This document shows, piece by piece, positions 9,448-19,859 of a stretch of DNA of 52,793 nt. The notes beneath the pieces are model-generated. The model was not told where the DNA came from, ran no database searches, and was given only the letters and a program-made list of their open reading frames with translations. The position numbers and the translations under genes were made by a program. The DNA is from an uncultured Mycoplasmatota bacterium (GTDB lineage Bacteria > Bacillota_I > Bacilli_A > RF39 > UBA660). Location of the stretch: positions 87,334-140,126 of the forward strand of contig CAMMJA010000001.1 in the NCBI GenBank assembly GCA_946497145.1. The letters are read 5' to 3'. How positions within the stretch are numbered: position 1 is the stretch's first letter; every line of letters starts with the position of its first letter.

Positions 9448-9918
9448 ATGAAAAAGATTGTATGTGGATTGATTGTACTTGGTGGAATGACTTTATTGTT
9501 GAGTGGTTGCGGAAAAGAAACCGCACAAACGATGACTTGTACACTTACCCAAAAGGATGTTGTGAATCAGTATGAATTAGATGCAACTTATGTCGTAAAT
9601 TATAAAAACGATTTGGTTACAGATGTAGAAACAACTGAAATTGTCACATCAGATGATACCACTGTGTTAGATAGTTTTGAGCAACAATTAAAACAAATTT
9701 ATCAAGCCATGCAAGATAACTACGGAGGATACGATATCAACATTCAAAACGATGGACAAAAAGTAACATCCATTGTAAAAATTGACTACTAAAAACTAAA
9801 TTTCGATCAGTTGATTGAAGATAATTCTGCAATGAAGAACTATGTAAACGATAACAATCAATTGACGCTAGAGGGAATCAAAACGATGTATCAATCACAA
9901 GGAATTAGTTGCGAATAA
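9448..9918 (+). pseudogene. Lipoprotein (YehR/DUF1307-like) interrupted by a single in-frame TAA at 9790-9792
   Basis: Lipobox LLLSGC; same frame continues KLNFDQLIEDN...TMYQSQGISCE* to 9918. Confidence 0.7.
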
Positions 9919-9932
9919 AAAAATTGACATTG

Positions 9933-10649
9933 TCAATTTTTTTCGTTTTCAGTATTGAGGGTTCGATAAATAATCTCTGGATATTCCCCAATGATACGTA
10001 TTTCATTAATGATGGTCTCATCTAATAAGTTTTTGGCCTTTAATTCGTCAAACAAGATTTCGATGTATTGTAAATCAGACCAGTTATTTAAATCGACTAA
10101 CAACTGTTTATTTTTGGCGTGCTGTTCGGCGAGAATAGGCGCGTTCAGCAATTGAGTAGAAAAAACATAGAAATCTACATCAATATAACTGTTGGGCAAG
10201 ACGATATAACCAATCGGATAATCAATATCGTATGTTTTGAGATTGCTTAGAACATTCTGATTTTCACTACATAAATGAAAGTCCAGAGTTGAATAATGAC
10301 TAAGAATTTGTAATACTTGATCTAAGTAAGATTTAATTCTCTCGTATTCCAAAATATTGAAATTAAGTAGAATATTGATATAAATTTGTTTCGCAATACC
10401 ATTTGTTACAAGCTGTTTTAAAAATTCTTCCAGAGAAACAATTGCTACCTGATCGATTTGTTCTAATGTCTGATCTTCCACGTTAATCAGGTCTTTATAG
10501 TCGTTGTTGACGAAATCGAAGATAATAATTTTATTATCTCTTGTTCTTGCAATATTAATGAAAAAACCCTCGACGTATTCTCTATCTTTGTTGTTGTTTA
10601 AAAATAAGTTCATGTTGTAAAGATTATTTTTTTTCGCAATTACTTTCAT
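9933..10649 (-). CDS. Hypothetical protein with degenerate glycerophosphodiester phosphodiesterase (GDPD)-like fold
   Basis: MKVIAKK (cf. MKIIAHRG), EGFFINIARTRDNKIIIF (cf. DGIELDVQLTKDG..VVIHD), IVSLEEFL (cf. IPTLEEVL); AGGTGA RBS. Confidence 0.55.
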   Translation of the reverse strand: MKVIAKKNNLYNMNLFLNNNKDREYVEGFFINIARTRDNKIIIFDFVNNDYKDLINVEDQTLEQIDQVAIVSLEEFLKQLVTNGIAKQIYINILLNFNILEYERIKSYLDQVLQILSHYSTLDFHLCSENQNVLSNLKTYDIDYPIGYIVLPNSYIDVDFYVFSTQLLNAPILAEQHAKNKQLLVDLNNWSDLQYIEILFDELKAKNLLDETIINEIRIIGEYPEIIYRTLNTENEKN

Positions 10650-10665
10650 TGTATTCACCTATAAC

Positions 10666-10694
10666 AATATATGTGAAAGAAAAAAATACGTGTC
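10666..10694 (-). promoter_or_regulatory. SigmaK-like sporulation promoter
   Basis: Minus strand gACA-17 nt-CATATATT immediately before RBS of 9933-10649 gene. Confidence 0.45.
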
Positions 10695-10773
10695 TTCTTT
10701 ATAAGAAAAACGTTGTGAGATAGGAAAAGATCGGTTATAATATTACTAGAAAATAAAAGTGAGGCGACGATAA

Positions 10774-11872
10774 GTGAACCAAAGTGATATCAAAAAATTA
10801 TTACAAAACGATCAAAAAGAAATCCAAGATTTATGGAGGTCACTTTGACGCAGACCAAAAAATAAAAAGAATTGCGCATTTAGAGGAGAAAATGAGTGAT
10901 GCTTCGTTTTGGAACAACAAAGAAGAAGCGGATCAAATCATTAAGGAATTAAGTGAATTAAAAGATTTGGTCGATGGGTTAAAAGAAGTAAAAGAAAAAA
11001 ACTTAGCAGCGTTAGATTTGTGTGAATTGCTAGAAGAAGAAAGCGATGAGGAAATATTGAAATCATTAGAAGACGAAACGATTTCTCTACATGATAAGAT
11101 CCAAAAAATTGGACTTTTGCTTCTTTTAAATAAACCGTATGATAAAAAGAACTGTGTATTAGAAATTCATAGCGGAGCAGGAGGCACAGAGGCGTGTGAT
11201 TGGGCATTGATGCTTTACCGAATGTATTTACGTTGGTGTGAACATCATCATTATAAAGTGGAAGTACTAGATTATCAAGAAGGTGACGAAGCAGGAATTA
11301 AAAGCGCATCATTGCTGATCAAAGGTGAGTATGCTTATGGATATTTAAAATGTGAAAAAGGCGTTCATCGATTGGTACGCTTATCTCCTTTTGATGCGAA
11401 CAATCGAAGACATACTTCTTTTGCTTCCGTTGAAGTAACTCCCGAATTTGAGAATAACGTGTCTATCGAAATTGATGAGTCCGATTTAAAGATAGATGTT
11501 TACAGAGCAAGTGGTGCCGGTGGACAACATGTCAACACGACTGACAGTGCAGTTCGAATTACTCATTTGCCGACTAAAATCGTCGTAACTTGTCAAAATG
11601 AACGCAGTCAGATTCAAAATCGTGAGAAAGCCATGCAATTATTAAAAAATAAACTGCAATTATTAGAAATAGAGAAACAAAATCAAGAATTAGAAAATGT
11701 TAAGGGAGAACAAAAAAACATAGAATTTGGTTCTCAAATTAGAAGTTATGTCATGCATCCTTATTCCTTAGTGAAAGATCATAGAACCAATTATGAAACG
11801 AGTAACGTCACCAAAGTATTAGATGGACAAATTGATCCGTTCATTGAAAGTTGCTTAAAAGGAGGATATTAA
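10774..11872 (+). CDS. prfB: Peptide chain release factor 2, programmed +1 frameshift
   Basis: GTG 10774 gives MNQSDIKKLLQNDQKEIQDLWRSL then TGA; +1 frame has SPF and GGQ motifs. Confidence 0.97.
10835..10849 (+). promoter_or_regulatory. prfB +1 frameshift cassette
   Basis: Internal SD GGAGG followed by TCA CTT TGA C (CTT 10843-10845, TGA 10846-10848). Confidence 0.95.
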
Positions 11873-11873
11873 C

Positions 11874-12761
11874 ATGTGGCCTTTTAATAAAAAAAGATTG
11901 ATTGATGAGAATATTTTAAAACAGATTTATCATAAATCAAGAGTGAAACGTTATGTTCAATTTATCGTGGGGTTGTTTTTAGTAGCCGTTGCCTTCAATT
12001 TATTTTTATCGCCTAACAATTTGGTAGCTGGTGGAGTCAGTGGAGTCGCCATCATTATTAAGCACATTTTTGGGCTAGATCCTTCTATCTTTATTTTTGC
12101 TTCTTCGATCGTACTTTTAATTTTTAGTTACTTTTTATTAGGAAAAGAAAAAACAATGGGCTCAGTTCTTGGTTCTCTACTGTTTCCGTTATTTGTAAAA
12201 CTTACGACCAATATTGATGTATATTTAGATATTGACAACTCACAGTTGTTGCTTGCAGCCATTTTCGGAGGAGTGTTACAGGGCTTTGGAATTGGCTTGA
12301 TTTTTAAAGCCGGATTTACGACAGGTGGAACAGATATTATTAATCAAATTATCTCAAAATATGCAAAAGTTAGCATCGGAAAAAGTATGTTGATGAGTGA
12401 TGGTTTGATTGTATTAAGTGGAATTTTCGTATTTGGTCCGACGAAGCTAATGTATGCATTGATTGTACTATATATTATTACCGTTATGACAGATAAAGTA
12501 ATACTCGGTATCTCTGATAGTAAAGCATTCTATATTATTACAGAGGAAGAAGATAAGGTAAAAGAATTTGTGTTGAAGTATTTGAACCATGGAGTTACCA
12601 TTTTTCAAGCCAAAGGTGGCTATACTAAAGAAAGACAGAATGTATTGCTTTGTGTCGTGCCAACCAAAGAGTACTTTAAATTAAAAGAAGGAATTCATCA
12701 AATCGATCCTGAATCCTTCTTTGTTGTAACAGATGCATACGAAGTGTTTGGAGGAGAATGA
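11874..12761 (+). CDS. YitT/YvjA family membrane protein
   Basis: LVAGGVSGVAI, GFTTGGTDI, RGVT-like HGVT, GGYT, IDPESFFVV. Confidence 0.9.
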   Translation: MWPFNKKRLIDENILKQIYHKSRVKRYVQFIVGLFLVAVAFNLFLSPNNLVAGGVSGVAIIIKHIFGLDPSIFIFASSIVLLIFSYFLLGKEKTMGSVLGSLLFPLFVKLTTNIDVYLDIDNSQLLLAAIFGGVLQGFGIGLIFKAGFTTGGTDIINQIISKYAKVSIGKSMLMSDGLIVLSGIFVFGPTKLMYALIVLYIITVMTDKVILGISDSKAFYIITEEEDKVKEFVLKYLNHGVTIFQAKGGYTKERQNVLLCVVPTKEYFKLKEGIHQIDPESFFVVTDAYEVFGGE

Positions 12762-12762
12762 T

Positions 12763-13647
12763 ATGGGAATTTTTCAGACAAACAGCTTACCTGATAATAT
12801 TTTGCAACAGATCAAGAAAAAGAAATTAGTTTCTCGCTATCTTTTACTGATTATAGCTTTGTTTATTTCGGCTTTATCTTTTAACTTGCTTTTTTTTCCA
12901 ACTAAAATCGTGGCCGGAGGAACGAGTGGTTTATCTATTCTAACGGAACATCTTTTTGGATGGAACCCATCGATTTTTATTTTTATTATCTCAGCAATTT
13001 TGTTGTTGCTAAGTTTTCTATTCCTAGGAATTGAAAAAACTTCAGGTACAGTAGTGGCTACTTTTTTGTATCCTTTCTTTGTAAATTTTACGGCTAATTT
13101 AGCAGATTACATCCGTCTAGATACTTCTGATTTAGTATTGGTTTCTATTTTTGGTGGACTAATCAGTGGGATTACCGGAGGAATTTTGTTTAAAATTGGT
13201 TTTAGTAGCGGTGGTTTAAATATTATTAGTCAATTATTATACAAATATAAGCATATATCTATTAGTAAAAGTAATTTTGTAATCAATGGTATTATCGTAA
13301 TTGTTGGTGGAATATATTTTGGTTGGACGATGGTAATGTATGCTGTCATTGTCATTTACATCAACAGTTTAATGATTGATAAAGTATTGCTTGGTGTATC
13401 GCAAAACAAGGCCTTTTATATTATTACAAGTGAAGAACAAGAAGTAAAGCAATATATTATAGAAAAGTTAAAACACAGTGTTACCGTTTTTGATGTTAAA
13501 GGTGGCTATATGGAAAAGAAACGGAAAGTACTGATGGCCGTAGTGCCTACGAAAGAGTATTTTCAACTAACGGAAGGAATTAAACTGCTTGATCCGAATG
13601 CCTTTTTTGTGGTTATGGATGCATACCAAGTAGAAGGAGGGGCCTAG
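12763..13647 (+). CDS. YitT/YvjA family membrane protein, tandem paralogue
   Basis: IVAGGTSGLSI, GFSSGG, GGYM, LDPNAFFVV; collinear with upstream paralogue. Confidence 0.9.
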   Translation: MGIFQTNSLPDNILQQIKKKKLVSRYLLLIIALFISALSFNLLFFPTKIVAGGTSGLSILTEHLFGWNPSIFIFIISAILLLLSFLFLGIEKTSGTVVATFLYPFFVNFTANLADYIRLDTSDLVLVSIFGGLISGITGGILFKIGFSSGGLNIISQLLYKYKHISISKSNFVINGIIVIVGGIYFGWTMVMYAVIVIYINSLMIDKVLLGVSQNKAFYIITSEEQEVKQYIIEKLKHSVTVFDVKGGYMEKKRKVLMAVVPTKEYFQLTEGIKLLDPNAFFVVMDAYQVEGGA

Positions 13648-13714
13648 CCATAAAATTCCACAGACAAAAATACATTTTTATGATATAATGGTTTAGAGTA
13701 AGGTGGTAAGAAGT

Positions 13715-14413
13715 ATGGATTTAATTAGAATTAAAGACGTAAAGAAGCAGTACAAAAATGGCGTTACGGCTATTAGTGATTTAAACTTAGCGATCAAAAA
13801 AGGGGATTTTGCTTTTATCATCGGTGGCTCAGGTAGTGGAAAAAGTACACTGATTAAAATGTTGTATCGTGAAGAGAAACCGACGGCAGGAGAAATTATC
13901 GTCGGTGGAATTAACGTTGCCAAATTAAGAAATAAGAAAGTATATAAATTAAGACGGAAGTTAGGAATCGTCTTTCAAGATTATCGCTTGTTACCCAAGT
14001 TAAACGTGTATGAAAATGTGGCTTTTGCTTTAGAAGTTCTTGGTGCGAAAAAAGACGAAATCAGAGTAAAGACGTTGAAGGCCATCGAACTAGTTGGCTT
14101 AAAAGCGAAAATTCATAATTATCCGGATCAACTATCGGGTGGAGAACAACAAAGAGTGGCCATTGCAAGAGCGATCGTCAACGAACCAAAGTTGTTGATT
14201 TGTGATGAACCAACAGGAAATTTGGATCCAGAGCGCAGTATGGAAATCGTGAAAATATTGGAAGAGATCAATCAAACTTGTAAGACGACGATCATTATGG
14301 CAACCCACGATCGAGACATTGTAAACAAAATGCAAAAACGGGTATTGGTGTTGAAAGATGGAAGATTAGTCAAAGATTATGAGAAAGGAACGTATCACAA
14401 TGAAGATATTTAG
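13715..14413 (+). CDS. ftsE: Cell division ABC ATPase FtsE
   Basis: GGSGSGKST, GIVFQDYRLL, LSGGEQQRVAIARA, DEPTGNLDP; upstream of ftsX. Confidence 0.95.
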   Translation: MDLIRIKDVKKQYKNGVTAISDLNLAIKKGDFAFIIGGSGSGKSTLIKMLYREEKPTAGEIIVGGINVAKLRNKKVYKLRRKLGIVFQDYRLLPKLNVYENVAFALEVLGAKKDEIRVKTLKAIELVGLKAKIHNYPDQLSGGEQQRVAIARAIVNEPKLLICDEPTGNLDPERSMEIVKILEEINQTCKTTIIMATHDRDIVNKMQKRVLVLKDGRLVKDYEKGTYHNEDI

Positions 14414-15299
14414 AATGTTAGGACGCAGTATTCGCGATGCATTTAAGAGTGTATTTCGTAATTTTAGTTTGTCTTTGGCCTCTATTTCTTGTATTACCAT
14501 TACTTTGATTATCGTTGCTGTATCGATGGTAGCATCTTACAATGTGGAACACTTTTCGAAAGTCATTCAAAAAGATGTTACGATGGTCGTATTCTTAAAC
14601 AACGAGATTACGCAAGAAGAAATTGATGATTTAAGTGAAAAAATCAATTCCTTAGACAACATTGAGACATGTGACTTCAAATCAAAAGAACAATCTAAGG
14701 AAGAAATGATGAGTGAGTCTGATGTGTTTGAAGGCATTATGGGAACTTGGAATGAAGAAGATAATCCTTTAAAAGATTCGTTCTTAATTAAGGTAAAAGA
14801 TATCAATCATATTAAAGATACAGCAGATACCATTAAATCGTTGGAAAAAGTAGATGTTGTAAATTATGGAGAAGAAATGGTAGGAAATTTAATATCCGCT
14901 TTTAAAGCAGTAGAAAAGATTTCTGTTATTGCTGTGGTGGCTTTAATCGTCGTAACCGTTTTCTTAATTATCAATACCATCAAACTTACGATTTTTTCAA
15001 GAAAAAGAGAGATTTCTATCATGCGTTTGGTTGGTGCTAGTAACTTTACGATCAAAACGCCGTTCATCGTGGAAGGAATGGTACTGGGCTTGATCGGATC
15101 CATTATTCCTGTGTTGATTGTTATATATGGATACACTTTATTATTTGATCACTTCGATGGAGTTTTATATTCTTCATTGATTCAAATGGTCAATCCACAA
15201 CCGTTTGTTTATCTTGTATCTATTTTAGTCATTATTATTGGAATGTTAGTCGGAATGATTGGTAGTGCTTCCGCTGTAAGAAAGTATTTGAAAGTATAA
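14400..15299 (+). CDS. ftsX: Cell division permease FtsX
   Basis: NPLKDSF, NTIKLTIFSRKREISIMRLVGASNFTIKTPF; 4 TM. Confidence 0.95.
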   Translation: MKIFRMLGRSIRDAFKSVFRNFSLSLASISCITITLIIVAVSMVASYNVEHFSKVIQKDVTMVVFLNNEITQEEIDDLSEKINSLDNIETCDFKSKEQSKEEMMSESDVFEGIMGTWNEEDNPLKDSFLIKVKDINHIKDTADTIKSLEKVDVVNYGEEMVGNLISAFKAVEKISVIAVVALIVVTVFLIINTIKLTIFSRKREISIMRLVGASNFTIKTPFIVEGMVLGLIGSIIPVLIVIYGYTLLFDHFDGVLYSSLIQMVNPQPFVYLVSILVIIIGMLVGMIGSASAVRKYLKV

Positions 15300-16504
15300 T
15301 GAAAAAGTTAAAGATTAGTTTCGTTCTACTTCTTTTATTGCCACTTTGTATACTACCAACCAAAGTGGAAGCAGCAACCTTACAAGAATACATTGATAAA
15401 TTAAATGCTTATCAACAAGAAGTAGATGAGGCACAAGATAAGATCAACCAGACCGAAGCACAGATTAACAAAATAAAAGGTGAAATCAACAGCATCAACG
15501 CGGAAATGAAACAAATGGTGGAAGATATTGAAAGAATGCACGATGAAATTGAACAATACAACGAAGAGATTAAAGATAAAAGTTTACAAACCAAACAATT
15601 ATTTCAATATTTACAAGTGTCAGAAGGCGAAAATGTGTATTATGAATACATTTTTGGAGCCGAAAATATTACAGATTTGATCTATCGTATGTCAATCGTA
15701 GAACAGTTGACAGATTACAACGAAAAGACGATTAATCAACTAGAAGATATGATCGAAGAAAATAAAAGACGCGAACAAGAATTAAAAGAAAAAGAAGTTG
15801 AACTAGAAGAAAGTAAAGTAACACTAAGCAATAAGATTTCTACTTTAGAAGGGGAAAAGATTAGTATCAATGCGGGTGCGATTTCCTCTAGGGAACAGTT
15901 GGCCATCTATAAAGATATGGTAGCAAACTTTGAAGAACTTGGTTGTCAGCCAACCGATGTTATTGGGGTAGATTGTGCGAAAACTGTTTCAGTTTCTGGA
16001 TTCTATCGTCCAACGACGACAGGTTATATTACCGGCTTTATGGGATATCGCGATCTTTCGGTAGCGGGCAATAACTTCCACTTAGGAATCGATATCGGTA
16101 GTGACAATAAGCGAAATGAAAGAGTATACCCAATTGCTGCTGGAAAAATTCAACGTATTTATACCGATAGCTATGGTGCAAAAATGGTATTGATTTACCA
16201 CTATGATGCCAATACTGGAAAGAATTATAGTTCTTTGTATGTTCATTTGAGCAGTTGGTCACCTAATATTTACGAAGGTCAGACCATCACCCCAGATCAA
16301 TACATTGGTTATATGGGAGATACTGGTTTTGCCCTCGGTGTACACTTACACTTAGAGGTAGCCGATTGTAGGTTGTATGATTTAACGGATCGTAATTGTT
16401 ACAATTGGACTCATTACGCCCAATATGTTGAAGATCGTTACAACCAAGGATTCCATGGAGCACAGTCGCTTCTTAACTTACCATCAAGTTGGTCTAGCAG
16501 ATAA
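15299..16504 (+). CDS. Secreted coiled-coil (PcsB/CwlO-type) plus M23 peptidase
   Basis: Signal peptide ending VEA, long coiled coil, HLGID and HLH zinc ligands; follows ftsEX. Confidence 0.88.
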   Translation: MKKLKISFVLLLLLPLCILPTKVEAATLQEYIDKLNAYQQEVDEAQDKINQTEAQINKIKGEINSINAEMKQMVEDIERMHDEIEQYNEEIKDKSLQTKQLFQYLQVSEGENVYYEYIFGAENITDLIYRMSIVEQLTDYNEKTINQLEDMIEENKRREQELKEKEVELEESKVTLSNKISTLEGEKISINAGAISSREQLAIYKDMVANFEELGCQPTDVIGVDCAKTVSVSGFYRPTTTGYITGFMGYRDLSVAGNNFHLGIDIGSDNKRNERVYPIAAGKIQRIYTDSYGAKMVLIYHYDANTGKNYSSLYVHLSSWSPNIYEGQTITPDQYIGYMGDTGFALGVHLHLEVADCRLYDLTDRNCYNWTHYAQYVEDRYNQGFHGAQSLLNLPSSWSSR

Positions 16505-16531
16505 ACATGATTCTAAATGGATCATGTTTTC

Positions 16532-16560
16532 TTGTATTCTGATTTATTACATGATAGAAT
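16532..16560 (+). promoter_or_regulatory. SigmaA promoter of uvrB
   Basis: TTGTAT-17-TAGAAT with TG extension, right after hairpin AAACATGAT/ATCATGTTT (16503-16529). Confidence 0.6.
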
Positions 16561-16605
16561 AAATTATCGAAATTTATGGATAATATTAAAAAAGGAGACG
16601 TAACT

Positions 16606-18558
16606 ATGTTTGATTTGGTTTCAAAGTATCAACCGAGTGGCGACCAGCCAGAAGCCATTCATCAATTGGTGATGGGAATAAAAAATGGTAGAAAAGAACA
16701 AGTATTATTAGGTGCAACCGGTACTGGTAAAACGTTTACCATTGCCAATGTCATTAAAGAAGTAAATAAACCAACCTTGGTTCTTGCACACAATAAGACG
16801 CTGGCAGGCCAACTTTATTCAGAACTAAAAGAATTATTCCCAAACAATCGTGTGGAATACTTTGTTTCCTATTACGATTATTATCAGCCCGAGGCCTATG
16901 TACCGAGTACAGATACTTACATTGAAAAAGATTCGTCGATCAACGATGAAATCGATGAGTTAAGACATGCAGCGACCAGCAGTTTGCTATCTAGACGTGA
17001 TGTTATCGTGGTAGCCAGTGTTTCTTGTATTTATGGTATTGGGGAAGTAGAAGAATACTTAAATAAAATGTTAACCATCAATGTGGGAGACCAAGTAGAA
17101 AGAAATCAAGTTTTAGTTAAATTGGTAGAAATGATGTACGAAAGAAATGACTTTGACTTTAAGAGGGGAACATTTCGCGTAAAGGGGGACGTCTTAGAAA
17201 TCATTCCTACTTATCAGCGAACGACCGGGTATCGAATCGAATTTTTTGGAGATGAAATTGATCGAATTAGTGAAATTGATTCCCTAACAGGCGTTGTATT
17301 ACATGATAAAAAAACAATTTCTTTATTCCCTGCTAGTCACTTCGTAACCAGTGATGAAAAGTTAAAAAGAGCAGTTCAATCCATTAAAGAAGAGTTAAAA
17401 GTACGATTAGAACAACTAAAACAAGAAAATAAATTATTGGAATACCAACGATTAGAACAACGAACTAACTATGATTTAGAGATGTTGCAAGAAACTGGTT
17501 TTTGTCATGGTATTGAAAACTACTCTAGACACATGGCCGGTAAAAAAGAAGGAGAAACGCCAACAACATTAATGGACTTTTTTCCGGATGATTATTTGTT
17601 GGTTGTCGACGAATCCCATGTTACATTACCACAAGTAAGAGGTATGTACAACGGGGATCGGGCTCGTAAGATGAACTTAGTAGAATATGGTTTTCGCTTA
17701 CCTAGTGCCTTAGATAATAGACCTTTAAAGTTTGAGGAATTTGAACAAAAAATCAACCAAGTAATCTATGTTTCCGCTACACCTGGTGACTATGAACTTG
17801 CGCATACCCATCAACAATTTGTAGAACAAATTATTCGTCCAACAGGACTGTTGGATCCAACCGTAGAAGTAAGAAAAAGTGAAGGTCAAATTGATGATTT
17901 AATTTATGAAATCAAACAACGCATGGAAAAAAATGAACGAACGCTTATTACTACTTTGACGATTCGTATGGCGGAAGAGTTAACCAACTATTTAAAAGAA
18001 CTAGATATTAAAGTAGCATATTTACACACAGAAGTAAAAACTTTAGAACGATTACAGATCATCCATGATCTAAGAGAGGGAAAGTATGATGTGGTAGTTG
18101 GAATCAACTTGTTGCGTGAAGGAATCGATATTCCAGAAGTATCCTTGATTGCTATCTTAGATGCAGACAAGGAAGGATTCTTGCGTAGCAATCGTAGTTT
18201 GATTCAAACGATTGGACGTTGTGCCAGAAATGCCAACGGACACGTAATCATGTATGCCGATAAAATAACAGATAGTATGAAACAAGCCATCGATGAAACT
18301 GCCCGTCGTCGTAAAATTCAAGAGGAGTACAACCGAGTTCATGGAATTACGCCAAGAACCATTCAAAAAGAAATTCGTGAGGTGGTAAGCAACCAAATCA
18401 CGACGGATAAGCCAAAGAAGAAAAAGATGAGCAAACAAGAAAAACTAGAAATGCTAGAAAAAATTGAAACAGAGATGAGAGAAGCGGCAAAAAATCTTGA
18501 CTTTGAACGTGCGATGCAGCTACGAGATATTTTGTTTGAAATGAAAGGGGAACAATGA
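16606..18558 (+). CDS. uvrB: Excinuclease ABC subunit B
   Basis: [37 protein letters not shown]. Confidence 0.99.
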   Translation: MFDLVSKYQPSGDQPEAIHQLVMGIKNGRKEQVLLGATGTGKTFTIANVIKEVNKPTLVLAHNKTLAGQLYSELKELFPNNRVEYFVSYYDYYQPEAYVPSTDTYIEKDSSINDEIDELRHAATSSLLSRRDVIVVASVSCIYGIGEVEEYLNKMLTINVGDQVERNQVLVKLVEMMYERNDFDFKRGTFRVKGDVLEIIPTYQRTTGYRIEFFGDEIDRISEIDSLTGVVLHDKKTISLFPASHFVTSDEKLKRAVQSIKEELKVRLEQLKQENKLLEYQRLEQRTNYDLEMLQETGFCHGIENYSRHMAGKKEGETPTTLMDFFPDDYLLVVDESHVTLPQVRGMYNGDRARKMNLVEYGFRLPSALDNRPLKFEEFEQKINQVIYVSATPGDYELAHTHQQFVEQIIRPTGLLDPTVEVRKSEGQIDDLIYEIKQRMEKNERTLITTLTIRMAEELTNYLKELDIKVAYLHTEVKTLERLQIIHDLREGKYDVVVGINLLREGIDIPEVSLIAILDADKEGFLRSNRSLIQTIGRCARNANGHVIMYADKITDSMKQAIDETARRRKIQEEYNRVHGITPRTIQKEIREVVSNQITTDKPKKKKMSKQEKLEMLEKIETEMREAAKNLDFERAMQLRDILFEMKGEQ

Positions 18559-19394
18559 GCAAGCAGTTTAAAAAAATCTACGTAGAAATTACCAATGCCT
18601 GTAATTTGACTTGCTCTTTTTGTTCTGTTTCGAAAAGAGTGAAAAGAGTAATGTCACCATTAGAATTTGAACATATTTTAACAGAAATTTCTCCATATAC
18701 CGATTATATATACCTCCATGTCAAAGGAGAACCCTTGTTACATCCGCAACTAGATACCCTATTGTCCTTGTGCGAAAAACATAATCTTAAAGTAAACATT
18801 ACGACCAATGGGACATTGTTTCCTTCCGTAGTTTCCACTTTAAAAAAGCATATTTGTCTTCATCAAATCAATTTTTCTTTGCACAGTGAACAGGAAGACG
18901 AAACACTTTATGAACAAATATTTGAAGGAGTAGAACAATTATCCACAGATATTGTGATTATTTATCGTTTTTGGGCATTAAAAGACAACAAATTGAATAA
19001 AAAATCCACAACAATAGTGGATAAATTACAAAAATTTTATCATCTTTCCCCAAAAATAGTGGAAAAAATAAAAAAAGAAAAGCATATTGCTTTGTCTTCC
19101 CATATTTTTGTGGATAAACAAAATCTCTTTGAATGGCCTAGTTTAGAAAATGGAGAACATCAAGAAGAGGGTTATTGTTATGGCCTAAAAAGTCATATTG
19201 CCATTCTTTCAGATGGAACGGTGGTTCCTTGTTGTCTAGACGCAGAGGGAGTAATTGCATTGGGAAATATTTTTCAATATTCGCTTGTAGACATTTTAGA
19301 AAGTAGTCGTGTGAAAAACATCAAATCGAATTTTTCCAATCGTAAGGCAATAGAAGAACTTTGTAGGAATTGTAGTTATAAAAAGCGTTTTTAA
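18555..19394 (+). CDS. Radical SAM/SPASM(twitch) protein
   Basis: [20 protein letters not shown]-terminal [15 protein letters not shown]. Confidence 0.92.
   Translation: MSKQFKKIYVEITNACNLTCSFCSVSKRVKRVMSPLEFEHILTEISPYTDYIYLHVKGEPLLHPQLDTLLSLCEKHNLKVNITTNGTLFPSVVSTLKKHICLHQINFSLHSEQEDETLYEQIFEGVEQLSTDIVIIYRFWALKDNKLNKKSTTIVDKLQKFYHLSPKIVEKIKKEKHIALSSHIFVDKQNLFEWPSLENGEHQEEGYCYGLKSHIAILSDGTVVPCCLDAEGVIALGNIFQYSLVDILESSRVKNIKSNFSNRKAIEELCRNCSYKKRF
18939..19117. promoter_or_regulatory. DnaA-box cluster within radical SAM coding sequence
   Basis: Perfect TTATCCACA 18939 and TGTGGATAA 19109; 1-mismatch AGTGGATAA 19016 and AGTGGAAAA 19058; weaker partners at 18953, 19002, 19044. Confidence 0.6.
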
Positions 19395-19407
19395 AAGGTA
19401 GCATTTG

Positions 19408-19758
19408 CTACCTTTTGTATTTTTTATAATATTGTTTTTTTACATCTGTCATACGATCTTGAGAAATTCTTTCACATAATGCTCGTTGTAAAAGAGAACT
19501 GTCGGTATCTTTTGCTAAATCAATTACTGAAATATTATCTTCCTCATTTTTATAATCAACAGGCAAAGCAGTCTCTGTAATTAAGTGATAAGTGAGTTGT
19601 TCTAATATTTTGGCTTTTTCTTGCTGATTGTTTTGTTGATATTCTTGTAATTTTTTTAGCAATTGATAAACAAGTTCTGGTTCTACAATGATTTGTTCCA
19701 TGTTGTAGGTAGAAATGATTTCTCTTACTTTTTTGCGTTGCTTTTTTGTTAGTTCCAT
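19408..19758 (-). CDS. Hypothetical protein, 116 aa
   Basis: AAAGGAG RBS, TGgTATAAT promoter, fills gap between radical SAM gene and uvrA. Confidence 0.75.
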   Translation of the reverse strand: MELTKKQRKKVREIISTYNMEQIIVEPELVYQLLKKLQEYQQNNQQEKAKILEQLTYHLITETALPVDYKNEEDNISVIDLAKDTDSSLLQRALCERISQDRMTDVKKQYYKKYKR

Positions 19759-19859
19759 AAGGATACTCCTTTCTTGTGCGTTTTATTATACCAAAAAAGT
19801 ATGGTTTTGTAAAACGAAAAAGAACAAAATGTGGTATAATAACTGCTGGGTGATGAAGT

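Noticed and set aside
9790-9792. Stop-codon reassignment
   Set aside because: TAA terminates most genes in the window; a single case is a mutation or error
18939-19117. Chromosomal oriC
   Set aside because: Boxes lie within a CDS, no dnaA/dnaN nearby, and gene orientation does not switch
18555-19758. RiPP cluster of radical SAM/SPASM with precursor peptide
   Set aside because: No short precursor ORF, RRE domain or transporter; enzyme is a short stand-alone type overlapping uvrB
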